Positions 53,484 through 64,000 of a stretch of 64,000 nucleotides of DNA are shown here, in pieces (the first letter of the stretch is position 1; each line of letters starts with the position of its first letter). The position numbers and the translations under genes were made by a program. The notes under the pieces were generated by a model, which did no database searches, was not told the DNA's origin, and saw only the letters and a list, made by a program, of their open reading frames with translations. The stretch spans positions 106,888,001 to 106,952,000 of the forward strand of contig NC_043005.1 of NCBI RefSeq assembly GCF_006345805.1. Reading direction: 5' to 3'. Source of the stretch: Octopus sinensis. Its lineage: Eukaryota.

Positions 53484-55119
53484 TCTTATTATAAAAGGCA
53501 GATTTTATCTGCCTCCCTTTGTAACTTATAGAAATCTACAATATAGGATTTCTTCAATTACAATTTACCTAGCATTTTTAAGAGTAGAATGCATCGGGTC
53601 ATGCCAGGTCCAGTTTTTAAAATTTAAACTCCAATTAAGCAAAATTTACAGAAAACTCACATTCTGGTGTGTATGACAAATGCTTTTCTTAATGTGGTTT
53701 ACACCACACGCACACGCACACGCACACACACAGTGTGCAACGAATAAAATGAAAGTAAATAGCGACAGAGTGATTTGAGGAAGACTAAACTGAAAGTATT
53801 TAAACCACTACTCAAAAAATAAAAAAACACAGCAAACAGAAACAAATAAATACATAACGATTTACTCCTCACACAATTTCTTCAATTAGAGCGTACCCAT
53901 GATTTTTCAGAGTTCTTCAGTGGGTGATGCCATAAAAAATTTCTTTCAATTTTACCACCAATTAAGACAAAATTCGAGAAAACTCAATATTTTAACATTT
54001 CACTCCGAAAGCATTGATGTACATGTGTGCGTGCGTGAGTGTGTGTGTGTCATTCCTCACACACATGCATACACATACATATATGAGAGTGGCAAACACA
54101 AACGTTTCAAACAACTACATACAAACACGTGTGTGTTTGTTATTAGTAAAAAAGGCGCCAAAACACAACTCACTTATCATTCCAACACATTTGCAAAGAC
54201 ACACGGACGGTGGAATTGCTATAACAATACGGAAAAGGTAAATTGGTTTTTATTTTACTCTGTATATATTTTATTATATAATATTATATATAGATATATG
54301 TATATATAATTGCAGTATGAAACAGTGTTTATGTATAAACAGACGACACTTATATATAGTTATTATAATAAGAGATTAATAAATGTATGCATCCGTTTAA
54401 CCCTTTCGTTACCAAACCGCCCGAATTTACCTATTCATATTTAAATGAGAATATCAGAGTAAATCTCTTTAGTACATTCGTGAAAACACGTATTATACTT
54501 CGTAAACACTTCAACTACAGTTTTGTACAAAAATCAAAGTGTAATTTTAATTCCGTGAATTATGGGAGATTTTTTTCCGAAATTTGTTCCTATTGTCTTT
54601 TCAAAATTTGTAATTCTGACAAAAAATGGATACGAATTTCATTATATCAAGCAGCGAGTCAGAATTCGAAGGATTTTCTACTGAAGACCTTCATAAATCT
54701 AACTCTATGACTGAAAAAAAAAGCATCTTTATATAAGAGTGAAGTTATGTGTCTGTCTCCTACGATTTAGATTCGTAACTACTCCCACATTTTGCGGTGC
54801 AGTTTAACCAAAACCGGGTATCTTATAGTCGTGAGTCATATCGAGCCCTTCTGGGTATTAGCGCGCGTCTACGATGAGTCTACGATTTAAAAAAAATTTA
54901 CCATCATATTTTTCCATTTTAATGCATTTTTTCGCTTTTATATAGGGGAAGTAACTCTCTAAAAATATCTACGATGTGTCAACGATTTAAAAAAAAATTT
55001 ACCTTAATTTTTTTTCAATTCTTAATGCATTTTTTTGCTATTTTTTGGCTATAACTCTCTAAAAATGCTTATATAGTTATTTCCCTTACAACCCGAGCAA
55101 CGCCGGGCGATACTGCTAG
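53484..55119 (+). mobile_element. Composite Helitron, copy 2
   Basis: TC start at 53484; inverted Helitron-like 5' end at ~54310-54376; TTAA|CCCTTTCGTTACC piggyBac end at 54397-54413; HelA 54726-55119 ending CTAG|T. Confidence 0.8.
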
Positions 55120-55193
55120 TATATATATAAATTAGTGTATAATATATATCTATTATATAGATACACAGATAAATAGATAAATAGATACATACA

Positions 55194-55235
<42 letters not shown>

Positions 55236-56324
55236 TACGCACATACATGAGTATAGTTGTATGTGTATGTTTATTTATGTTGAAAGAGTCTTGGTCTTGT
55301 GGTAATAAGAAAGAGAAATAAATATTAAGGGATATTATCTCAATTCAAAAGATGTTATGGATTTGTGTTCAGTAAGTATATCGTCTATGAACTCACAATG
55401 TATTCGGGAAATATTTAATCACTGTGTATACACACAGCGTGAATAGAAGGATGCTTCCTTGGTGATCAGCATTTATTAGGCGCCACCACGTGTATAGAGG
55501 ACAAAAAGATGAAACGAAAGAATAATTGTGATGCTTCTGCCGGAGAGAATGCTTCAAAGACTCTGGACATAACGTTATTCCTAATGTATGCTAATTCCAA
55601 GTTGGAAGAAAGTTTTAGCTCAAATATTTGCAGAATATAGTTTGTAAATATTGTTGAACTATGTAACTGGTTTGTTAGAGGAGAAAGCATTTAGAATTAA
55701 TAGAAACCTTAGTTTGTTTAAGGCAAGTGGGGCAAGAAAAAGAAAACGAATACTAGAAGGTTTTCTTTCTGTGTATAACGATACCAAGCGTAAAGTGTTT
55801 TTATTTGTGAGACAAAGTCAGGGCAAATTACTCTCCGTTTAGTATCACACATGGCGAAATCGGCAAGGTGTCAATGGGGAAAGTTGTATGAGATCCATGA
55901 AAGTTAGAATGTTAAAAGTTTATTCCAAATGATAGACGCATTCCAGTAATAGAAGAATATGTTGCAGAAATTGTATGAAGAATAAATAGTAAATGGATCA
56001 TAGGAAGGAAAATAGGAAAAATATTTTCTAGTTTTCAGGAATAGATTCTTAAATATTGCATCAACAAATACACGGTTTCTAAGATGTCATAACAAATATC
56101 CTTATGTAAGTTGTGTATTCGCATGCAAATTATTACCAGGCGTTTCAAAAAAAATTACCACCAGAAAATCGGTAATGACTGATGGAATGATGAGCTGTTT
56201 CTACTTTCAATATCATTGTGGTTAGACTTGATTGCGTATGTTATTTATAAAGCGAGACAAAAATTATGGTATCATTGTAGACTCTAACACAAATCTACCG
56301 CTGATGCAGCTGCTACTACTCTTA

Positions 56325-56515
<191 letters not shown>

Positions 56516-56828
56516 CCCTTTGTTTTTACCTCGTTTGTAATTCGTTGGTTAATCCTTGCCGCATTATCACGTTAGTTCGACCTGAAAATAGTCATGGGTA
56601 GATCTGTGCACCCTATACTCAGTCACTTCTAACGCATTTCCACGAAGGAATAAATATTCAGTTGTTCAAACAAATGAGTATTTGTTTGCCGAGACTGGCG
56701 GTGAGTTTACCAGTCTATACGAATAGATTAGTTGTTGTTCAGAGTTCAAACGTCTTTGACCAACGGTCGATCAGATGAATGCTACTGTCAAATATCAACA
56801 ATAGCAGAAACAGCAAAACTCACTCACA

Positions 56829-57194
56829 TCTATATATATAAACGGCAAAATGTCTGTCTGTGTGTGTGTCCTTTATACAAATCTACAATTTTTCAGTTAG
56901 AGGGCTCACACTTTCTATGGTCAATTAAAACTGTCCAAGGGTGGTCGTGCACATCTTTATATTTCCCCAGTTACCCCGCAAAAGTCATTTAAAAATCAAT
57001 AGAAGTGACATTTTGTAAATTTTCTATCCAAAACCCAATCCTAATGCCCGAAACTTGATACGCCAATCGAATGCCAGCTAGCTGTATGTGATTGATCGGA
57101 GATTTGTACAGTACTCGCGTGTATGTGCGCACGCACGCAGCTGTATATGCATGCACTAACACTATGACCCGGCATTGCTGGGTCATAATGCTAA
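56829..57194 (+). mobile_element. Non-autonomous Helitron family HelC
   Basis: A|TC start; hairpin atgacccggc-att-gctgggtcat; CTAA|T (CTRR) end. Confidence 0.85.
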
Positions 57195-57734
57195 TCACAA
57201 ATAAATCGTCATTACTTTCAGGGTTGAATTGTGAAGCAAAAGCAGAAAGGAAAACAAGCAGCAGTCATTTTAATGTATATCGTGATATAAAGATTAAAAA
57301 AAACAACAAAGATTTTTAAAATGTTTTTAGTAGGATTAAAGTCGCTTGATAGATAAATAATTAGATTAGTACTTACAAAACTATAAACTGCTTCTGATAC
57401 AATTAGAACGTTTGCAGTTTGTTCAATGCAGGTCATCAAGTACAAAGTTAATGCACAGGATGATATAGATCAGTCGTTGTTGTTTGTTGTTGTTGTTCTT
57501 GTTGTTATTGTTTGTTTAGCTGCTGGTCAGTTGTGGTAGAATAAGCATCATCAGTCTCTTCGACCATGATCATGTTTTCTTTTCAAGGTTATATATTAGT
57601 GCATCATTTAACGGACTTTTTTTTTCATTTCTTGAGATCCCTGGTGTGGTTCGATTGATACTTCTAGAAGTTTGAACAACCACGCAAAGGCTTTCTTGCT
57701 GGTTCCAGTAACAAGCTCTTATCTATTTGATATA

Positions 57735-58580
57735 GGATATGTACCCCTAAATGATATTGATAAATGAAATGAACTATTAAGCAATTGATAAATGATATGT
57801 ATACCGAAGGCACTGATAAGACATGTAACCCGAACGTATTGATAAAGAATCTTTATAAGTCACCTGTAGTTATTGATAAGAAATATGTGCCCTTCCGTTA
57901 TTGTTGAAGGATATGTACAGTATGTACTTTGAAGGTAATACTAACCGATATATACCCTGAAGGCGGCGATATTTACCCGAAGGCTGCGAGTTGGCAGAAA
58001 CGTTAGCACGCCGGGCGAAATGCTTAGCAGTATTTTGGCTGCCGCTACGCTCTGAGTTCAAATTCCGCCGAGGTCTACTTTGCCTTTCATCCTTTCGGGG
58101 GCGATTAAAATGTACCAGTTACGTACTGGGTTCTATATAAAGGACTTAATCCGTTTGTCTGTCCTTGTTTGTCTCCTCTGTGTTTAGCCCCTTCTGGGTA
58201 GTAAAGAAATAGGTATTTCGTCTGTCGCTACGTTCTTAGTTCAAATTCCGCCGAGGTCGACTTTGCCTTTCATCCTTTCAGGGTCGATTAAATAAGTACA
58301 AGTTACGCACTGGGTTCGATATAATCGACTTAATTCGTTTGTTTGTCCTCTCTGTGCTTAGAGCCTTGTGGGTAGTAAAGAAATAGATATATACCCTGAG
58401 ACTATTCATATACGTAATATACCAAGAAGGTATTGATACAAGATATGTACAGTGATGGCACTGATAAAAGATAAGCACCTTGATCTTATGGATAAAGGCT
58501 ATGTGTCGAAAAGTAATTACCAAGTGATATATGCCTTGAAGAAAGGATATGTGCACTGACGTTATTGATGTTATCAAGGG
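57735..58580. repeat. Degenerate ~28-30-bp minisatellite (gatatgtac...aagg..ttgataa) interrupted by a SINE
   Basis: Recurring gatatgtac/gatatatacc and ttgataa motifs on both sides of the SINE. Confidence 0.55.
57981..58384 (+). mobile_element. SINE family A, two units
   Basis: Head plus two cores; gatatataccctga repeated at 57947-57960 and 58385-58398. Confidence 0.9.
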
Positions 58581-58806
58581 AATATTGTGTTTAAAATGAG
58601 TCAAGATCTATAATGGTTAGTATCCTTCTATAAGACTGTATCTGCATAGAGGGCAAAAAGGTTTGGAGAGAAGTGCTGGAAACGGGACTACAGGCGAATA
58701 CTTTTTGCGAAGCAGAGACATTTTTACAAGCTTATTCAAATACTAATATTGAATAATCGAAACGATTATTACTGGAAAACAAAGCAGAAGCAGCAACACA
58801 CACACA

Positions 58807-58861
<55 letters not shown>

Positions 58862-60979
58862 ACACACAAACACACACAAACAAATATAAATATGTATGTT
58901 TAGTGTTGACTGTCGGGAAAAATATTTACTCAATACCATAGTAGAAATTAATATATTTTTTTTGGTCGAGTCAGTCGACCAAAATAAAATGTGTGTGTGT
59001 GTGTGTGTGTGTGTTGTGTGTGTGTGTGTGTGTGTGTGCGTGCATGTGTGCGCGTGTGTGTTGATATAAAAGACAAAGAATGAGCCTGGTTGTTGCTTAT
59101 CTGCAGGTCAGAATTACTCTTCCGATCTATTGTTAAATTGTTCAAATTCTTGATTTGGAATTCCGTTATTAAATAGGCCTTTATTTTAAGACACTCCTCC
59201 GAGATTTGCGTAGGTTTTGACATCTTTTTCTACTCGAAAGCGTGTGTAATGCATCATTATGCATTAATGTGTTAGAAGACAAAACATCTCCTGACAGCCT
59301 ATCAACATAACACTTCCAATTTTTGCCGAATTCAATCCTAAGAGATACAGGTCAGCTCTTGTCTGTTCTGCATTCTTGGTAATATCATTCGATAGGTCTT
59401 GTTTTACAAAGCGATTAATTTCAATTTTTTACTGTTTCAATCTGAGAATAAGCTTTCACGACTTTAGCTTGAACTGTGTGAAAACATATGGCTCCTGTAA
59501 GACAAATATGGAATTCTGTCTAAACAGCTATACATACCTCACCCCTATTTATGGAACTAAGTAGGTGCACATACACCCCATCACCCACCCACCCACACAG
59601 ACACACGCACGCACAGATACATACACACACACATATATATATATGGGAGTGGTGTATAGACACATATGTGAATATATATATATATATGCCTGTGTATACG
59701 TGTGAATGTATGTATAATTAATATTAATTTTAGTTCGTAATTTAGGAACACTAAGGTCGTTGTATACAGTCAATATGCTAAACAACTGATTTAATTGCTA
59801 TACGACAGAATGTTATATCTACGCTAATATATATTTTGACGAAGCATGGCGCATGATTCTGTGATAGTTTCCCTAGAAAAACAGCGGGTTCTACTTCAAT
59901 TATTTTGTTATCCATTTAGCTAACATTAGAAAATATATGAAGTTGTATAAACCCATGTAACGAGAATATGCAAACGTCCGCAGTTAACGTGTAAACGTGA
60001 CTGGTGGAATCTTCTATAACCAAAATAGAACCCAATGACCTGCTATCACCATGGAAATTTCAATTGAACATAATCTTGATAGTAAAACGGGCGTCTGATG
60101 CTGTAAGTCAAGAAACTTTAACATAATTCATGTTACATGGTGATGAGTATAATCTTCAGCGTGTAACCGATATTCTTGTTCTTTGATCAACACTTAGACC
60201 CGTATTTTCAATTCTTACTTAGAAGTGGTAGGAAATAGCGAGACAGACGCACAGACAGCTTGTGGCACCGATTTTACTCATGCAACGCCGACATTTGCAT
60301 ACTACATATTTTGCTTCATCAAATAATATGTAGACATAATGGTTTCTTGGCTCCAATATCGTTTATCTTTGTCCGTAATTTTTCTTTAAACAATATTATT
60401 TCCTTATACGTCTTTTCATTTTATATTTATTTAGTTATATTCTTTATCCCAGACATTTCTTTAGCGTTAGTTATTATTATTTTTTATCTTGTTTTGCTTT
60501 GTTTTTGCAACTTTTCATTTTTCTGATATTGATTTAAATGTCGAAAAGTATAGCAGTAACAACAACCACAAGAATAGCAAAGCAGCCGCATGAATTATGC
60601 GTATATTTGTTGTTATTGTGTATGTGTGTGTATTTGTATAGGTATATTACATTAACCCTAGTGTTCAACTGGTACTTATTTTATCAAGCCTGAAGTCAAC
60701 CCCGGCTCAAATACACGTTGCACGTCTGTGGTTACTGAACTCGCATACAAACTTTAACGACCTCAAGTGTTCTTCAATTTCCACCTAAGTACCAAGCTCC
60801 TCGACTTTATTATTATAAATAGGATCAATAGTGAGATTGATAACGTCCATATATCACCACAATAAAATACTCAGAACAAGTACATCGTAAAGAAACCTTT
60901 CAAAACCATCCTCCCTACCAAGATAACATGATTAACCGTTCTTCGAAAATAAATTAAACGAACTGCATCATTGATTTTC

Positions 60980-61200
60980 CTCCTAGTAAAACTGTGATCA
61001 CGGTAGCTTGTATAAATGGAGATAACCTAGAAGACTTTATCAGGAAGCAACGTAACTTATTTAACCTTATCAGATCAGTAGATTTTAATGTGGTACCCAT
61101 CAGTGAGATTAGGATTTTCGATGTGCATCTTCTCGCGACCACGCAGTTCACGCATTTATCAAACTGCCTAGTTATGCAAATTTGTTTTAGAAAGGTATGG
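60980..61200 (+). mobile_element. Decayed LINE apurinic endonuclease (APE) N-terminus
   Basis: ITVACING..L.DFIRKQRNLFNLIRSVDFNVVPISEIRI resembles the APE N-terminal N..G.../D...(L/I)(Q/S)ET motifs. Confidence 0.6.
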
Positions 61201-61948
61201 CTCTCGATATATGAGCAACCTTCTTACCCGCGACTTTTAATCGAGAGTCCTTGATGGGAACAACAGCTAAGTGATCCTCCAGAATTGTGGGAATGAGTCC
61301 AGTCATCTTCAGGCGTCTTGAGTCCTCGTTGAAATCGTTCATCCTCCAGTATATTAGATACTTATTCTGACTGTATGGGAATATCAGATAAGAAACGAAG
61401 ATATAGTGTCTGGCGAAACTGCTCAGACTGGTTCAACTGCATGAGGTAGCCACAAGATTTCCAAAATATTCCAAAGTGAACATAAACCATACACAATGGT
61501 CCACTCAAATTGTATCAGAATATTTGTATGGTACTTGCTAAATAAGCTGATAAGGATAGCTGTATCTACAACTTCAGTTGGCCAGTTGCACAAGCTACAA
61601 GGACAAGCCTTTTAAAAGCTGAAGTAGTTGCCTCCAACGAATAGTTTACTGTGACAGGAACTCTCTAAAGTGATTCATTAGTGCAGACTTCTTAAGGTAG
61701 AGAAGAGAAGTAATGATGAAAAACAATGTCCATAGTGAGATGAGAGATTTCCATCACGATGAAAAAAGAAGTTTTCATAGGGAAACTTTCCAATTAAAAT
61801 AATTAAATTACGGAGATGTACTTGCATAGCTAGTGACTTGATCTGAGATTGTGTGCTGGAACGAAAACAATTGCAGCGTGGAAGGTGTTTATAAGCCATC
61901 TAAGAAACACACAAAAACCGTTAGATTCACTTCAACATTTAAATTTAA

Positions 61949-61999
61949 TTTGTCAAAATATTTTCGTCGCTTTGAGCCCACGACCTGTTCACTGACAAA
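61949..61999 (-). ncRNA. Type I hammerhead ribozyme with a G3-C8 variant core
   Basis: Minus strand: tttgtca-GTGAACA-g-gtcg(11-nt loop)cgac-GAAA-ATATT-T-tgacaaa. 7-bp stem I, 4-bp stem II, AATATT palindromic stem III. Confidence 0.65.
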
Positions 62000-62084
62000 G
62001 CTTCGTGCTTAAATTATTTCTTAACATTCGAAAATTATTTCTTAACATTTGAAAATGTTAAACACATATATTCATCTTCATATT

Positions 62085-62623
62085 ATTGAGTGAGAGAGCA
62101 GTGCACACCATCCATGTAACACTAAACTAAAATATACCTGTCATGACTACTCGTCTGCTAAGCGTCCAACAGGCACATGCATCAGAACCATATGTGCACT
62201 ACAGACTGATCTCATATCAGGATAAACAGCGCATGACCTTGCAGGTGACGCCCAGTTAGAATTTTCTTTAGGTCGAGTAGCACATTCTGCTCAAAAGGTC
62301 CCTGAATAAGGGTTATTTAAGGAACGAAACGTCCATGGGTTCAGACGTGAATTATTCAAACCCAAATGACTTCCCCTCAACACATGATTATGATGCTTCC
62401 CCCAATACTTCTGCTCATGATCAGAGATGTACATATCGTCAGCCACCAAAAGACATGCTCAACTGGTTAAGATCAAACAACTGACACACAAATCAGTGGA
62501 TATTGAGCAGAATATTTGCTGAAGTCCATATTTTATATCACGACAAAACATATACATGAAAACACTTTCAAAGAGTTAAGATCAGAAACCATGAGAGCCA
62601 GTCGCTGGTACTGCATCAAGGCA
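62085..62623 (-). mobile_element. Unclassified LINE-like 3' fragment
   Basis: Homologous to 14675-14827 over its first ~140 bp; ends at an ATT tail. Confidence 0.6.
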
Positions 62624-62664
62624 ATTATTTATTTATATATTCATTATTATTATTATTATTATTA

Positions 62665-62703
<39 letters not shown>

Positions 62704-62715
62704 TTGCTGTTGATG

Positions 62716-62719
<4 letters not shown>

Positions 62720-62755
<36 letters not shown>

Positions 62756-63170
62756 TACTTTTAATTTGCATGTTTGTTACAATCACTTGCTGAGATACAC
62801 CCAGCGTCGTAGTACGTGTAAAGGGTAAAGGATATTACAGTATGACTGAAAGCTTGGGGAGACGAGGTGGCAGGGGCAGCAACGAAATATCTTCATGTAA
62901 TACAAAAACAGACAATTAAATTGATAGGGATTCTCTGAGGAAGTGGGCAGTAATTGTTAGCACAATATTTTGGATTTCTCTGAGACACGGTTCTCCTGGG
63001 ATATCATCTTATGTTTTTGACATCCCTTTCTTATCATACCTAGGGTACCCACAATAACAGAAACACTTCTCATTTTAAGATGCCACATCTTTTGTATTTC
63101 AATTTTCAGCTCATATTTACTTAATTTGTCAAATTACTTTATAGATATATTTTTATCAGTGGGAACACTT
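62720..63170 (-). mobile_element. R4/Dong-like 3' end with 3' UTR and (TAA)n tail
   Basis: HLKMRSVSVIVGTLGMIRKGCQKH...IPGEPCLREIQNIVLTITAHFLRESLSI*, then a UTR and an (AAT)n/(AAC)n run. Confidence 0.8.
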
Positions 63171-63180
63171 ACATCTATAA

Positions 63181-63252
63181 AGTGCCACGCAGTGGGACCG
63201 AACCCGGAGCCATGAGGTTCGTAAGCAAGCTACTTACCTCACAGCCACTCCT
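63181..63252 (-). mobile_element. SINE family B head fragment
   Basis: gtgccacgcagtgggaccgaacccgg...agcaagctacttacc..acagccactcct. Confidence 0.85.
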
Positions 63253-63904
63253 GTACTAATTGAGCACTAGGGTCGATGTAACAAACTTGCGTACTCCCTC
63301 AAAATGTTGGTGATTTGCCATAATATTAAGCTATTATTAAAACAAACACCACTGCCAATACCACCACCACCACCATCATCATCATCACCGTCATCATTCT
63401 CATCCTCCTCCTCATCATCTTCTTCATCATCATCGCCACCATCATACTGATCATAATGACTCAGTGTCCTGGAGGCATGTATTTCGAGACGTTTCAGCCA
63501 TTGAAAATTCTGTTGTGTCCCAGGACTAAATTCGTTTATTTTTTTATTTTTGTATCATTTATTATTTGTATATTTTTACTTGAATAAAACAAGAAGTTTT
63601 AATGGAATAACAGTAAGCAAAAATTATCAACAAAGAAAAAGTTAACTAAGAATAAATATGAAAAAATAAATTAATAAATTGAAAGAAGCAGATTATTTCA
63701 AAGAAAAGCGTATAACACGTCACCAGTTCTATCTTTTACAGTTATTTCATTGCTTTGCGTCTGTCTGATATTTTAAAATGGAAGCAAAATGCATCAAATT
63801 CGCATTTAGTTTTTTTTATCATATTTGTAATCTCGTGAAATTAATCTGATATTTATTCAGTGAGACATTTTGAATTTTAGCACCACCGACCGCCACCGTC
63901 ACAA

Positions 63905-63906
63905 AA

Positions 63907-63965
<59 letters not shown>

Positions 63966-64000
63966 ATAATAATATAATAATAATAATAATACCACCACCA
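63905..64000. repeat. (TAC)n(AAT)n microsatellite
   Basis: Direct reading. Confidence 0.95.

Noticed and set aside
53895-53925. ccca-CTGAAGA-actct-GAAA...tggg on the minus strand
   Set aside because: Helix II is too short and there is no valid NUH register.
57545-57580. GAAA-catgatcatg-GTC...CTGATGA permuted hammerhead-like motif (minus strand)
   Set aside because: No helix I or helix II pairing, and the 15.2-16.2 position is mismatched.

Overview
AT-rich, extremely repeat-dense eukaryotic DNA with no protein-coding exon I can support. The SINE and microsatellite landscape resembles an octopus/coleoid cephalopod genome (inference from memory of those repeats, not a search). Nearly all ORFs in the supplied track are microsatellite or retrotransposon artefacts. 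Contents: (1) about 30 copies of three tRNA-headed SINE families, including a SINE-bounded ~690-bp tandem array at 40.0-43.2 kb with a clear unequal-crossover signature. (2) Decayed non-LTR retrotransposon fragments: many R4/Dong-like with a restriction-like endonuclease (RLE) C-terminus, one L1/Tx1-like RT, one APE. (3) Several non-autonomous Helitrons with intact A|TC...hairpin-CTAG|T ends; two are a shared composite carrying a piggyBac end. (4) A TTAA-flanked piggyBac MITE. (5) Most interesting: five unrelated small elements carrying type I hammerhead-ribozyme (HHR) motifs. Two are good (52.8 kb; a G3-C8 core variant at 61.95 kb) and three are degenerate or relic. Four of the five show a fold-back layout in which the sequence 3' of the ribozyme recurs as an inverted copy upstream, suggesting non-autonomous Penelope-like/retrozyme-type retroelements. 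All alignments and pairings were done by eye, so coordinates of degenerate elements are approximate.
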